This document shows, in pieces, positions 56,330-64,000 of a stretch of DNA of 64,000 nucleotides. The stretch's first letter is position 1, and each line of letters opens with the position of its first letter. The notes beneath the pieces are model-generated. The model was not told where the DNA came from. It made no database searches and saw only the letters and a list, made by a program, of their open reading frames with translations. The stretch comes from Actinomycetota bacterium (GTDB lineage Bacteria; Actinomycetota; Actinomycetes; S36-B12; CAIYMF01): contig CANGPO010000002.1 of assembly GCA_947455705.1 (NCBI GenBank), positions 63,170-127,169 of the forward strand. The letters run 5' to 3'. Made by a program: the position numbers and the translations under genes.

Positions 56330-57844
56330 GTGACAACGCTGTCCCTGTCTTCAGCTGATCTAGCTACCCTGGCCACTGACGCTCTCGTCATCGCCACCAC
56401 CCCGCTCGGCGGACGCCGCAAGGGTGTCGCTCTCGCAGGCGCAGCAGCCGGCCTGAAGGCTGCACCGAAGAAGCGGCTCGAGGAAGCCCTTGCCGCGCTG
56501 GGCGCAACGGGTAAGCACGGAGATATCGTCCGGATCCCGGGCGCCGGAATCACCGCGGCACCGGTGATCGTGGCCGTTGGTGTCGGGGCCGGTCCATGGA
56601 CCGATGAATCCCTTCGCCGGGCAGCAGGCAACGCCGTGCGCGCACTTGCCGGCACCCGACGGGCCGTGCTTGCGCTACCCGTTGAGTCTGCCCCGGCCGT
56701 GGACGCAGTCGCCCAAGGTGCGCTCCTCGGTGCGTACTCGTACGACACCTACCGCGTCGACAGCAAGGCGTCACAGAAGTCTCCCGTCGACCGCATCACC
56801 CTGCACGTTGCGGACGTCAAGGACTCATCGACCGCTGCGGCCGTCGCACGCGCCAAGGCGATCACAACAGCGGTGAACTTCGCGCGAGATCTCATTAACG
56901 CGCCAGCTGCAGCCATGCCACCTTCCGTCCTTGCCCAGTCAGGCGCTGACGCTGTGGCAAACCTGCCCGTAGAGGTCGAGATCCTTGACGAGAAGGCACT
57001 TGCCGCTGGCGGTTACGGCGGCATTCTCGGCGTGGGCCAAGGCTCGATGCACCCGCCGCGGTTGGCTCGTTTCGCTTACCGCCCAGAGGGTGCAACCGCC
57101 CATCTCGCCCTCGTCGGCAAGGGCATCACCTTCGACACCGGCGGTATCTCCATCAAGCCATCCGCCAGCATGCACGAGATGAAGGCCGATATGTCTGGCG
57201 CCGCAGCGGTTATCGCAACTGTTCAGGCCGTCGCCAGCCTTGGGCTACCCGTCGCAGTGACCGGATACGTGTGCACCGCGGAGAACATGCCAAGCGGCAA
57301 GGCCCAAAAGCCCGGCGACGTTCTGCGCACCTACGGCGGCAAGACCGTTGAGGTTCTGGACACCGATGCCGAAGGTCGACTCGTACTTGCTGACGGACTT
57401 GTCCGCGCACAGGAAGACAAGCCCGATGTCATTATCGACATCGCCACGCTGACGGGAGCCCAGACGATTGCGCTTGGCTCACGTACCGCTGGCATCATGG
57501 CGAACGATGACGACCTGCGCGAGGCGGTGTTTGATGCAGCAAACCGCGCAGGCGAAAGCATGTGGCCAATGCCGCAGCCGGAGGAACTTCGAGCAAACCT
57601 CGACAGTCTTGTCGCGGACATCGCCAACATTCCACTGAGTGGACGTCGCGATGGTGGCATGCTTTCGGCGTCCATATTCCTGCGCGAATTCGTCCCGGAT
57701 TCACAGCGTTGGGCACACCTCGACATCGCCGGCCCGGCGTACAACGGCTACGGTCCATGGGGATACACCCCGAAGGGTGGTACCGGTTACGCCGTGCGCA
57801 CGCTGGTGCAGATTGCTGAAGATATGGCCGACGGAGCGCTGTAG
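56330..57844 (+). CDS. pepA: Leucyl aminopeptidase (M17)
   Basis: LVGKGITFDTGG, MKADMSGAA, DTDAEGRL, ATLTGA and HLDIAGP; GGAG RBS then GTG 56330. Confidence 0.96.
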   Translation: MTTLSLSSADLATLATDALVIATTPLGGRRKGVALAGAAAGLKAAPKKRLEEALAALGATGKHGDIVRIPGAGITAAPVIVAVGVGAGPWTDESLRRAAGNAVRALAGTRRAVLALPVESAPAVDAVAQGALLGAYSYDTYRVDSKASQKSPVDRITLHVADVKDSSTAAAVARAKAITTAVNFARDLINAPAAAMPPSVLAQSGADAVANLPVEVEILDEKALAAGGYGGILGVGQGSMHPPRLARFAYRPEGATAHLALVGKGITFDTGGISIKPSASMHEMKADMSGAAAVIATVQAVASLGLPVAVTGYVCTAENMPSGKAQKPGDVLRTYGGKTVEVLDTDAEGRLVLADGLVRAQEDKPDVIIDIATLTGAQTIALGSRTAGIMANDDDLREAVFDAANRAGESMWPMPQPEELRANLDSLVADIANIPLSGRRDGGMLSASIFLREFVPDSQRWAHLDIAGPAYNGYGPWGYTPKGGTGYAVRTLVQIAEDMADGAL

Positions 57845-57872
57845 CGGCCTCACAACAAACACGCGAACAACA

Positions 57873-57906
57873 GTGAGCCGGGACACATCCTTGTGCCCCG
57901 GCTCAC
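57873..57906 (+). terminator. Hairpin after pepA
   Basis: GTGAGCCGGG/CCCGGCTCAC stem with inner CACA/TGTG. Confidence 0.7.
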
Positions 57907-57990
57907 ATCATGTTTGAGAAAGTGAAAGACTGACGACGCACGAAACATCGTGTGAAGCGTGTCGTCCACCCGCACCCACAAGGAGCGTCC

Positions 57991-59370
57991 GTGACCGGGA
58001 CTGAATTTGATGTCGTCATCCTCGGCGGTGGCAGTGGCGGGTACGCCGCAGCCCTGCGCGGGTCCCAACTGGGCTTGTCGATCGCCCTGATCGAGAAGGA
58101 CAAACTTGGGGGCACCTGCCTTCATCGCGGGTGTATCCCGACCAAAGCGCTGTTGCACGCCGCAGAAGTTGCCGACTCGGCCCGTGAGTCGTCCGCAATC
58201 GGCGTTAACGCGACGTTGACCGGCATCGATATCGTGAAGGTGAACGAGTATCGCGATGGGGTCGTCGGTCGGCTGTACAAGGGCCTTCAGGGCTTGGTGA
58301 AGAGCCGCGAGGTTACCTACATCGAAGGCACCGGAACCCTGACCTCGTCCAATACCGTTGACGTCAATGGCGCTCGCTACACAGCGCGCAAGGCGGTCGT
58401 GTTGGCGACCGGCTCCTACGCTCGCAGCCTGCCGGGCCTCGAGATCGGCGGTCGCGTGATCACCAGTGATCAGGCCTTGCAGCTCGAATGGATCCCGTCC
58501 AAGGTGATCGTGCTCGGCGGAGGCGTCATTGGCGTTGAGTTCGCCAGTGTTTGGCGCTCGTTCGGTTCTGAGGTCACGATCGTTGAAGCACTCCCCCGGC
58601 TGGTACCGAACGAGGACGAGGCTTGTAGCAAGGCTCTCGAGCGGGCATTTCGTAAGCGGGGTATCACGAGCAAGACCGGAGTGCGCTTCTCCGGAGTGAC
58701 CCAAACCGATGCGGGAGTTACCGTCACCCTCGAAGGTGGCGAAACACTCGACGCTGACCTGCTCTTGGTCGCAGTTGGCCGAGGACCCAACGCGACCGGC
58801 ATGGGCTATGACACCGTTGGCGTGGGCATGGATCGCGGTTTCGTTCTGACGGACGATCGACTGCAAACAAATGTACCTGGCGTCTATGCGGTCGGTGACA
58901 TCGTTCCTGGCCTTCAACTGGCCCATCGCGGATTCCAGCAGGGAATCTTTGTCGCCGAAGAAATCGCTGGATTGAATCCGCGAGTGATCGACGAATCGGG
59001 CATTCCCAAGGTGACTTACTGCGAACCCGAGGTGGCCTCGGTTGGCCTTACCCAAGCCCAAGCCATCGACAAGTTCGGCGCGGACAACATCGAAGCGTAC
59101 GAATACAACCTTGGCGGTAACGGCAAGTCACAAATCCTAGGCACAGCCGGATTTGTGAAGCTCGTTCGTCAGAAGGACGGTCCGGTCCTGGGAATGCACA
59201 TGGTCGGCTCGAGAGTCGGCGAACTCATCGGCGAGGGCCAGTTGATCGTCAACTGGGAGGCCACCCCCGAGGATGTCGCACCTCTCGTCCACGCCCACCC
59301 GACGCAGAACGAGGCAGTTGGCGAGGCATTCCTTGCTCTGGCCGGCAAGCCCCTGCACGCACACGCTTAG
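57991..59370 (+). CDS. lpdA: Dihydrolipoamide dehydrogenase (E3)
   Basis: GGGSGG, GGTCLHRGCIPTK, GGGVIGVE and HPTQNE; AAGGAG RBS then GTG 57991. Confidence 0.97.
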   Translation: MTGTEFDVVILGGGSGGYAAALRGSQLGLSIALIEKDKLGGTCLHRGCIPTKALLHAAEVADSARESSAIGVNATLTGIDIVKVNEYRDGVVGRLYKGLQGLVKSREVTYIEGTGTLTSSNTVDVNGARYTARKAVVLATGSYARSLPGLEIGGRVITSDQALQLEWIPSKVIVLGGGVIGVEFASVWRSFGSEVTIVEALPRLVPNEDEACSKALERAFRKRGITSKTGVRFSGVTQTDAGVTVTLEGGETLDADLLLVAVGRGPNATGMGYDTVGVGMDRGFVLTDDRLQTNVPGVYAVGDIVPGLQLAHRGFQQGIFVAEEIAGLNPRVIDESGIPKVTYCEPEVASVGLTQAQAIDKFGADNIEAYEYNLGGNGKSQILGTAGFVKLVRQKDGPVLGMHMVGSRVGELIGEGQLIVNWEATPEDVAPLVHAHPTQNEAVGEAFLALAGKPLHAHA

Positions 59371-59463
59371 CGAAAGACGAATCCAGCACTACGGTTATTG
59401 ATAATGCGCGATCAACAATGACGTCATGATCCGCCTCGCAACTGCTCGAAGGAGAACGTAGGG

Positions 59464-61197
59464 ATGTCTGTCTCCGTCACGATGCCCATGCTCGGTGAGA
59501 GTGTCACCGAGGGCACAGTTTCGCGTTGGCTCAAGAACGTCGGTGACACCGTCGCGATGGATGAACCCATCGTTGAAGTGTCGACGGACAAGGTCGACAC
59601 CGAAATCACTGCACCATCGGCGGGGGTGATCCTTGAGATCAGCGCACCGGAAGACAGCGTGATCGCCGTTGGTGCCCAACTCGCACTGATCGGTCCGGCT
59701 GACTCCGATGCCAGCGCAGCACCAGAACCCGTTGCTACGCCACCTGCCGCGACCGAGCCGGTTGCCGTTGCGCCCGTCGCTGTAGCACCGGCAGTTGTCG
59801 AGCCTGTCGCGCCGATCGTCACCTCATCTGAACCAGCCGCCGTACCATCGTCCGGTTCAGCCTCAACGCCCGTCACACTGCCCGCCTTAGGCGAAAGTGT
59901 CACGGAAGGAACGGTTACCCGCTGGCTCAAGGCAGTTGGCGACACGGTTGCCCTCGACGAGCCGCTCGTTGAAATCTCCACAGACAAAGTCGACACAGAG
60001 TTGCCGTCACCGGCCGCGGGCGTGCTCACAGAAATCACCGTTGGCGAAGACCAGATCGTCGCCGTCGGCGGACAGCTCGGACTGATCGGCAGCGTCGCAG
60101 GCTCGCCGGCACCAGTTACCCCTGCCCCTGCCGCACCGGCCCCAGTTGCTCCACCAGTAGCCGCGGCGCCGGTCACGCCCGAACCGGTTGCCAGTGCACC
60201 TGTTTCAGCTCCTGCTGCCCCGGCACCCGTGGTTGCCGCGCCGGCTATCGCACCAAGCAACACCGACGCTTATGTCACTCCACTTGTTCGCAAGCTCGCA
60301 GCGGACAATGGCGTAGACATATCCACGGTCACAGGCTCGGGCGTCGGCGGTCGGATCCGTAAAGAAGACATCCTGGCCGCCGCAGCTGCTGCGAAGGCAC
60401 CAGCGACCACGGTTGCACCGTCAGCACCGTCAGCACCGTCAGCACCGAGTGCAGTTACAGCCGAACCGTCCAACCTTCGCGGCACAACAGTCAAGATGAG
60501 CCGACTGCGCAAGGTGATCGCTGAGCGCATGGTTGAGTCGCTCCAGACCTCCGCTCAATTGACGACTGTCGTCGAAGTTGATGTCACACGTATCTCGCAG
60601 CTGCGCGATCGGGTTAAGGCTCAGTTCGAAGCCAACGAGGGTGTGAAGCTCAGCTTCCTACCGTTCTTCGCCAAAGCCACCGTTGAGGCACTCAAGCAGT
60701 ATCCGCAGGTCAATGCCTCCATCGACCTAGCCGAGGGAACGATCACATTCCCGGATGCCGAGCATCTCGGCATTGCTGTCGATACCGAACGCGGCCTTCT
60801 GGTACCAGTGATCCGTGACGCTGGTGATCTTTCCATCGGCGGTTTGGCTCGCAAGATCGCCGATGTCGCCGGACGCACGCGCACCAACAAGGTGTCGCCT
60901 GACGAACTCTCCGGTGGCACTTTCACCCTTACCAACACCGGTAGTCGCGGCGCACTGTTCGACACTCCGATCATCAATCAGCCACAGGTCGCCATCCTTG
61001 GAACCGGTGCTGTGGTTAAGCGGCCAGTGGTGGTCACCGATGAAACCGGGCTTGATTCGATAGCCGTTCGCTCGATGGTGTATCTGGCCCTGACATACGA
61101 TCACCGACTCGTTGATGGCGCAGATGCGGCGCGATTCCTCACCACAATCAAGCAGCGACTTGAGGAAGCTTCATTTGACGCTGAACTTGGCGCATAA
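59464..61197 (+). CDS. dlaT: Dihydrolipoamide acyltransferase E2 with two lipoyl domains
   Basis: Two STDKVDTE lipoyl sites, [10 protein letters not shown] peripheral-subunit-binding domain, DHRLVDG catalytic motif. Confidence 0.96.
   Translation: MSVSVTMPMLGESVTEGTVSRWLKNVGDTVAMDEPIVEVSTDKVDTEITAPSAGVILEISAPEDSVIAVGAQLALIGPADSDASAAPEPVATPPAATEPVAVAPVAVAPAVVEPVAPIVTSSEPAAVPSSGSASTPVTLPALGESVTEGTVTRWLKAVGDTVALDEPLVEISTDKVDTELPSPAAGVLTEITVGEDQIVAVGGQLGLIGSVAGSPAPVTPAPAAPAPVAPPVAAAPVTPEPVASAPVSAPAAPAPVVAAPAIAPSNTDAYVTPLVRKLAADNGVDISTVTGSGVGGRIRKEDILAAAAAAKAPATTVAPSAPSAPSAPSAVTAEPSNLRGTTVKMSRLRKVIAERMVESLQTSAQLTTVVEVDVTRISQLRDRVKAQFEANEGVKLSFLPFFAKATVEALKQYPQVNASIDLAEGTITFPDAEHLGIAVDTERGLLVPVIRDAGDLSIGGLARKIADVAGRTRTNKVSPDELSGGTFTLTNTGSRGALFDTPIINQPQVAILGTGAVVKRPVVVTDETGLDSIAVRSMVYLALTYDHRLVDGADAARFLTTIKQRLEEASFDAELGA
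60415..60447 (+). repeat. In-frame 9-bp tandem repeat in the dlaT linker
   Basis: GCACCGTCA x3 + GCACCG, encoding [11 protein letters not shown]. Confidence 0.9.
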
Positions 61198-61215
61198 CAG
61201 CGCTAGGGTTCAAGA

Positions 61216-62124
61216 GTGCGCGTACTTATCAGCGGGTCATCAGGCCTGATCGGCTCGTCTCTGGTTGCCTCACTGCGCGTTGACGGTCACGACGTACGCG
61301 TCCTCGTGCGACGCGAGACCCAGGCTTCGTCAGAAGTTTCATGGAAGCCAGAACTCGGAGCCGCAGGCGTTGACGACATACTGCGCAACGCAGTGAGCAC
61401 CAGCGATGCGATCGTCAACCTTGCTGGTGCTGGTGTGGCCGAAAAACGCTGGGATGCGGCATACAAGAACGTGATCTTGAGTTCACGAGTATCGGCAACG
61501 ACGTGCCTTGCCACTGCCATCAGCCAGGTCGATAACAAGCCAACGGCCTTCGTGTCTGGCTCGGCCGGTGGCTATTACGGCGACACAGGATCCGAGGCTG
61601 TTGATGAAGCAGCCCCGGTGGGCAGCACGTTCTTGGCGCAGGTGGCCTCTGCATGGGAGCTGGCCGCACTACCTGCCACAGTGGCAGGCGTCCGCGTCAC
61701 TCACCCTCGCACCGGCACGGTAGCCGATCCCGATGGCGGCGCATTCGGTCGGCTACTTCCGCTGCTACGCGCAGGAGTTGGTGGCTCACTCGGATCTGGT
61801 CGTCAATGGTGGTCGCTGATCTCATTGCGCGATGAGGTCTCGGCCATTCGCCATCTGATCGATACCCCCGCGATCGTCGGACCGGTAAATTTCAGTGCGC
61901 CTCAGCAGGTGACCAATGGCGACTTAACCAAGGAACTGGCTAAAGCGCTCAAGCGCCCCGCGGTGGTAGCCGCACCTAGATTCGCCGTGCGCTCAGTGCT
62001 TGGTGAATTCGCCGAAGAACTCTTCCTGAACCAGCGGATGGCGCCGGCGAAATTGCTTGCCACGGGTTTCCGTTTTGCTGACCCGACGATCAGTGACATC
62101 GTCGCCGGCCTCGTCAACGCCTGA
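61216..62124 (+). CDS. TIGR01777 (YfcH-like) NAD-dependent epimerase family protein
   Basis: SGSSGLIG, VNLAGAG, SGSAGGYYG, GSGRQWWSLI and GFRF. Confidence 0.92.
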   Translation: MRVLISGSSGLIGSSLVASLRVDGHDVRVLVRRETQASSEVSWKPELGAAGVDDILRNAVSTSDAIVNLAGAGVAEKRWDAAYKNVILSSRVSATTCLATAISQVDNKPTAFVSGSAGGYYGDTGSEAVDEAAPVGSTFLAQVASAWELAALPATVAGVRVTHPRTGTVADPDGGAFGRLLPLLRAGVGGSLGSGRQWWSLISLRDEVSAIRHLIDTPAIVGPVNFSAPQQVTNGDLTKELAKALKRPAVVAAPRFAVRSVLGEFAEELFLNQRMAPAKLLATGFRFADPTISDIVAGLVNA

Positions 62125-62145
62125 GCTCACAATCTCGAACGGGCT

Positions 62146-62877
62146 TCACGTGAGTCGCGGCCTTAACCGACGAAGCCCAAGGGATCTCGGCTTCGGTAAG
62201 GGCATGTCGTGATGACTCGGCTCAACCGCCAAGCGCGCTTGTTCGCGTAGATCACGTGCCACCGGATTTTCCACCTCGCGCCGTGGCCTACGCAGCAGCG
62301 TTGACGTCAGATCGTGAAGTGACGGACGGATAAACGGATCTGGATCCTGAGCTTTCATCAACACCAGTTCGACGGCCGTTGGGAACGAACCCGAACCAAT
62401 CAACTCATGCATCAACATCGCGAGCGCCCGGATATCGTCCTCGGCTACCGGACCGCCCGCATAGGGTGCCAATCGCCACAGCCCACTTCCACCAAGCCAC
62501 ACCTGGCCGGTGCGAGAAACAAATACCGAGTCGAGCCCAACATCACCGTGCGCAGTTCGCTCGTCATGCAGTGCGGTTAATGCATCCGCAATGCGGACCC
62601 CCACAGCCAGCACCTGCCCTAGCCGCAACGGGCCTCGTTCGCGGATCGTTTTCAGCGGCACGCACTGAGTTGGCACGTGGTGAACCAGGGCGACATGTTC
62701 GTCACCGGACTCGACACGGCGAAGCGGACACAGCGAATCGGCTCGCGCATTCATGAGCGATACCCACGATGAATGCAATCGATGGGCTTGTGATGGATCA
62801 GCAGGAAGCTGCCACGGCGTGTACCTTTCGACGAAGCTCTCGTCGGCAGCATGTGCGGCGTATAAGGAATCGGTCAT
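62146..62877 (-). CDS. Degenerate Ser/Thr protein kinase-like protein (probable pseudokinase)
   Basis: ALTALHDERTAHGDVGLDSVFV...VWLGGSGL and DDIRALA...DPFIRPS C-lobe patterns. Confidence 0.65.
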   Translation of the reverse strand: MTDSLYAAHAADESFVERYTPWQLPADPSQAHRLHSSWVSLMNARADSLCPLRRVESGDEHVALVHHVPTQCVPLKTIRERGPLRLGQVLAVGVRIADALTALHDERTAHGDVGLDSVFVSRTGQVWLGGSGLWRLAPYAGGPVAEDDIRALAMLMHELIGSGSFPTAVELVLMKAQDPDPFIRPSLHDLTSTLLRRPRREVENPVARDLREQARLAVEPSHHDMPLPKPRSLGLRRLRPRLT

Positions 62878-62962
62878 GTCGTAACCGTGCAGCAGACGAA
62901 TAACCCTTCGCCGACGCCGTCCACAGGATGCACCGCGACACGGGACGCGACACCATGGGGGT

Positions 62963-64000
62963 GTGAGCAAACGAGCATCGATCGACCCCACCTACGACGT
63001 CGTCATCGTTGGCGCAGGAATGGCTGGCTTAGCCGCCGCCAAGCATCTTGTCGCCGCGCGACGAAAGGTCATGGTCATTGATGCCAACAGTCAGCCCGGC
63101 GGTCGGGTTCGTAGCGAACTGATCGATGGAGTAACGGTTGACCACGGTTTCCAGTTGCTCAATCCGTCCTATCCCGAAGCGCAGAGGATGCTCAATCTCA
63201 AGGCTTTGAACCTTCGCGAGTTCACCCCCGGAGTGCGCATCCGCGGGTCAGAACGTGCGCACAATCTGATCGACCCATTCCGCTCACCCAGAGCACTTCT
63301 GAACACAATCAAGTCCGTTCCGGGCAGCCGCCTTGAACAGTTGAAATTCGCGGCCTACATCACCGATGTCGCTAAGGGCTATGGCAACCACCTGCAGTAC
63401 CGCACGGACGGAACAGCTCACGACGCGTTGCGTGCATTCGATGACATCACCCGCGATGTGCTGGCACCGTTTTTGGCCGGCGTGCTGTTCGATGATTCGA
63501 TGACCACCTCACGTCGCCTGGTTGACGTATTCCTTCGCTCGTTCGTCCGTGGCACTCCAGCGGTACCGGCCACCGGAATGGGCGAGATAGCACAACAACT
63601 CAGCCGCGGAATTCCGCTCTCCCTCAACGAATCAGCGGTCCGAGTAACAGCCACTACCGTGACGACGAATTGGCGGGTACTCAAGGCACGTGCGGTACTC
63701 ATTGCAACCGATCCACACACCGCAGCTCGTCTCATCCCTGGCCTGCCTACTCCACACATGCGCTCAGGTACGACGTGGTGGCATCGCGCACCCGTACCCG
63801 TCGCGGCACTCAATGGGGGCCTACCGATTCTCACCGTCGACCCGCAACGACGTGGCCCATTGGTGAACACCGTGGTGATGAACGCAGCCGCCCCGGAGTA
63901 CGCGTCAACCGACCAAGCGCTCATTGCCTCGACCGCTCTTGGGACCGGCCCCTTCGCCAGCGCCGAGATCAGCAAACATCTCAGCTATCTCTACGAGGCA
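62963..64000 (+). CDS. FAD-dependent oxidoreductase (amine oxidase/protoporphyrinogen oxidase-like), runs off window edge
   Basis: Manual translation from GTG 62963: DVVIVGAGMAGLAAA...PGGRVRS...VDHGFQLLNPSYP. Not in the ORF track because no stop occurs in the window. Confidence 0.88.
   Translation, partial: MSKRASIDPTYDVVIVGAGMAGLAAAKHLVAARRKVMVIDANSQPGGRVRSELIDGVTVDHGFQLLNPSYPEAQRMLNLKALNLREFTPGVRIRGSERAHNLIDPFRSPRALLNTIKSVPGSRLEQLKFAAYITDVAKGYGNHLQYRTDGTAHDALRAFDDITRDVLAPFLAGVLFDDSMTTSRRLVDVFLRSFVRGTPAVPATGMGEIAQQLSRGIPLSLNESAVRVTATTVTTNWRVLKARAVLIATDPHTAARLIPGLPTPHMRSGTTWWHRAPVPVAALNGGLPILTVDPQRRGPLVNTVVMNAAAPEYASTDQALIASTALGTGPFASAEISKHLSYLYEA

Noticed and set aside
57850-59061. 403-aa antisense ORF over lpdA
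   Set aside because: Shadow frame of a GC-biased conserved gene; no motifs or start signals.
59398-59427. TTGAT-N8-ATCAA and ATGACGTCAT palindromes upstream of dlaT
   Set aside because: Spacing does not fit FNR (N4), and short palindromes arise by chance.
59424-60263. Gly/Ala/Thr-rich antisense ORF resembling a PE-PGRS-like protein
   Set aside because: Mirror image of the Ala/Pro linkers of dlaT.
63418-63975. 185-aa minus-strand ORF at the window end
   Set aside because: Antisense to the FAD oxidoreductase that runs off the edge.
1-64000. CRISPR arrays, IS elements, tRNAs, prophage or defence genes
   Set aside because: No spaced repeats, transposase or integrase motifs, cloverleaf structures or compositional islands were seen by eye; tRNAscan and CRISPR finders were not run.

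Overview
A gene-dense, high-GC actinobacterial chromosome segment, almost entirely core genome, with no tRNA, rRNA, CRISPR array, transposase or prophage. Gene order matches the conserved locus I recall from M. tuberculosis (about Rv2178c-Rv2216) and S. coelicolor (about SCO2115-SCO2188). It covers the adaptive response (ogt, ada-alkA), class II DAHP synthase, pfkA, glpK, plsC, glucokinase, a two-component system, a DEDD/GIY-YIG nuclease, trpD, the cytochrome bcc-aa3 supercomplex (ctaE-qcrCAB; ctaC-ctaD-ctaF), iscS/tusA, aat, adoK, iscA, nadA, pspA, gcvT, pepA, lpdA and dlaT. The standout is a 9.4-kb cobalamin-riboswitch-controlled operon (44.3-54.0 kb). It encodes a secreted alpha/alpha-barrel protein, a membrane-anchored SCO2322-family protein, an ECF transporter (T, A-A, CbrT-like S), a PhnP-like phosphodiesterase fused to CobU, then CobT and CobS. 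I infer a capture-import-remodel system: a two-gene transcobalamin-like scavenger whose beta-domain looks circularly permuted, plus a candidate nucleotide-loop-cleaving enzyme. Several regulatory sites are readable directly: a PafBC/RecA-NDp promoter, a SigR/SigH promoter, an ECF promoter, Rex/CRP-type boxes (two bracket the promoter of an unannotated small membrane protein) and many leaderless promoters. All family assignments come from motif recognition; no database searches were run.
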